A stretch of 63,798 nucleotides of DNA, counting the filler, from Actinomycetota bacterium (lineage in GTDB: Bacteria > Actinomycetota > Acidimicrobiia > Spongiisociales > UBA4744): assembly GCA_013152275.1 (NCBI GenBank). It is 6 parts of 6 records of this genome, joined end to end, with 100 filler letters (N's around TTAATTAATTAA, not from the genome) between each part and the next. Parts side by side here need not be neighbours in the genome. Positions count along the whole stretch, not along the records: positions 57,787 to 63,798 come from JAADGS010000006.1; 5 more parts are not named here. One strand, written 5' to 3'. The notes beneath the pieces were generated by a model. The model was not told where the DNA came from. It saw nothing but the letters and a program-made list of their open reading frames with translations, and made no database searches. The translations under genes and the position numbers were made by a program. Shown piece after piece: positions 62,437 to 63,798 of the stretch. Numbering within the stretch: position 1 is the stretch's first letter; each line of letters begins with the position of its first letter.

Positions 62437-63278
62437 CGCGTTACCGTCACGTCGGCCGTCAGGTGCGTCGCCGTCTCCGATTGCAGGGCCACCCGAAATC
62501 GACCGGGAGCACCGTCGATGACCTCGCCGACGACCCGCGTCTCGACGTTCGGCCGTAGCGGAGCACGAAACCGAAACCGCGCGTCGGCAATCGGGCGCTC
62601 TCCCGGCACGTAGCGTGCCACCGCCTGTGTCACCCACGCTGCAGACAGCAGGCCGTGCACGATGACGCCTTCCAGACCGGCGGCGACGGCACTGGCATGA
62701 TCCCAATGTATGGGGTTCCAGTCGTGAGACGCTCCCGCGTACCGGACGAGGTCGGCGCGGCTCGCGGACTTGGCGAGCGGCTCGATGTGCGCACCCACCG
62801 ATGGAAACTCGAGAGCAGAGGCACGTTCGTTCCGCCCGCGTTCGGCGACGTCCGGCTCATCGACATCGCTACCTGTCGGTGCCGTCTCGGTGGACGCAAC
62901 GAACGTCGACCGTCCCGCCATGATCGGCTCTGCGCCGACGACCTCCAACCCGAACGTGATGAACGCCGCCCCGCCGCGGGAACGGACCCGCTCGACGGTG
63001 CCCGTCACCGACAATGGTCGGCCGATCTGCAGGGGACGGTGCCAGGTGAACGTCTGCTCTCCATGCAGGACGGATCGGACCTCACCCACCACGATCGGAT
63101 CGGCGAGGAACGCGGGGGCGACGGCGAAGAGCAAGGCCCCGGCGAACGAGGGCGGAGCGAAACAGCGCCAACGGTCGGGGTCGTCTCCGGTGGCCTCCAC
63201 GTACGCGCCCACCTGTCCAGCGTGGATCTGCACCTGGACCGGGCCGTAGCGGCAACCTGTCAGTTCGTCGAGGCTCAT
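62433..63278 (-). CDS. Double hot-dog MaoC-type dehydratase (HadA/HadB-like fusion)
   Basis: VLHGEQTF N-terminal domain; YAGASHDWNPIHWD...HGL hydratase-2 motif. Confidence 0.88.
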   Translation of the reverse strand: MSLDELTGCRYGPVQVQIHAGQVGAYVEATGDDPDRWRCFAPPSFAGALLFAVAPAFLADPIVVGEVRSVLHGEQTFTWHRPLQIGRPLSVTGTVERVRSRGGAAFITFGLEVVGAEPIMAGRSTFVASTETAPTGSDVDEPDVAERGRNERASALEFPSVGAHIEPLAKSASRADLVRYAGASHDWNPIHWDHASAVAAGLEGVIVHGLLSAAWVTQAVARYVPGERPIADARFRFRAPLRPNVETRVVGEVIDGAPGRFRVALQSETATHLTADVTVTR

Positions 63279-63393
63279 GTCGGCTCCGTTGGACGCGGCG
63301 TCGGGGTGGACGTAGGCCCACCCCGACCGAGGAACCCCTTCTCTCCACCCGCAAGCGAAGCCACGTTACTACGGAGCGACAGCCCGCGTCGGC

Positions 63394-63555
63394 TCAGCGA
63401 GTCTCTCTGTGGGCGGTGTGCTGTCGACACCATGCACAGTACTTCTTGAGCTCCAGCCGTTCTTTCGTGTTGCGCTTGTTCTTGGTTGTTACGTAGTTGC
63501 GTCGCTTGCACTCGGTGCAGGCCAATGTGATTGGCGGACGCTTGTCAGATGCCAT
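63394..63555 (-). CDS. rpmG: 50S ribosomal protein L33, zinc-binding type (not in ORF track)
   Basis: My translation [53 protein letters not shown]. Confidence 0.96.
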   Translation of the reverse strand: MASDKRPPITLACTECKRRNYVTTKNKRNTKERLELKKYCAWCRQHTAHRETR

Positions 63556-63583
63556 GGTTCTCTACTCGCTTTACTTCTCTTCG

Positions 63584-63611
63584 TGCGCAATGCGAAGTGT
63601 GTAATACGCAA
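63584..63611. repeat. Degenerate heptamer tract (TGCGCAA TGCGAAG TGTGTAA TACGCAA)
   Basis: 7-nt periodicity in tuf-rpmG spacer. Confidence 0.6.
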
Positions 63612-63631
63612 TGCTGCCGATCCGGTTGTGG

Positions 63632-63798
63632 CTATTTGATGACGTTGATGACGGTGCCGGCACCGACGGTACGGCCACCCTCACGAATCGCGAACTTCTG
63701 ACCCTCGTCCATCGCGATCGGTGTAATCAACTCGACCGTCATCTCCGTATTATCACCAGGCATCACCATCTCGGTCCCCGCAGGCAACGTCACCGACC
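63632..63798 (-). CDS. tuf: Elongation factor Tu, 3' fragment (second copy, upstream of rpmG)
   Basis: Same C-terminal peptide as 49348-49514; one synonymous difference seen. Confidence 0.96.
   Translation of the reverse strand, partial: SVTLPAGTEMVMPGDNTEMTVELITPIAMDEGQKFAIREGGRTVGAGTVINVIK

Overview
High-GC actinobacterial sequence (Acidimicrobiia-like by gene content and protein style; inference). It consists of six contigs joined by artificial N/TTAATTAATTAA/N linkers, so adjacency across linkers is not real. Contig 1 (1-12572) is a surface-polysaccharide locus: four glycosyltransferases, a nucleotide-sugar dehydrogenase, a Wzy/O-antigen-ligase-like protein, a sulfotransferase and two paralogous beta-helix proteins. 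Contig 2 (12673-23675) is a decayed accessory island with broken toxin-antitoxin pairs, an integrase remnant, GNATs and lipoproteins. It also carries two ~204-bp direct repeats, each holding a degenerate 3' half of tRNA-fMet plus a hairpin, that bracket an integrase-less 3.3-kb cargo block. Contig 3 (23776-32969) holds an IS110 element, IS256/IS6/IS30 remnants, an ECF sigma pair, a 3-copy ~60-bp unknown repeat and an aminotransferase + CDP-alcohol phosphotransferase + cytidylyltransferase operon. Contig 4 (33070-49514) is the S10-spc-alpha ribosomal cluster, with a 1-kb AhpD-like islet bounded by a duplicated rplQ 3' end. Contig 5 (49615-57686) is queA-tgt-yajC-secDF-apt-rel, ending in a 79-bp-arm inverted repeat that re-encodes the Rel C-terminus with synonymous changes. 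Contig 6 (57787-63798) is tuf-rpmG-hotdog dehydratase-ECF/anti-sigma-tRNA-Trp-secE-nusG-rplKAJ, with heptamer repeat tracts in the spacers. No CRISPR array or rRNA was seen.
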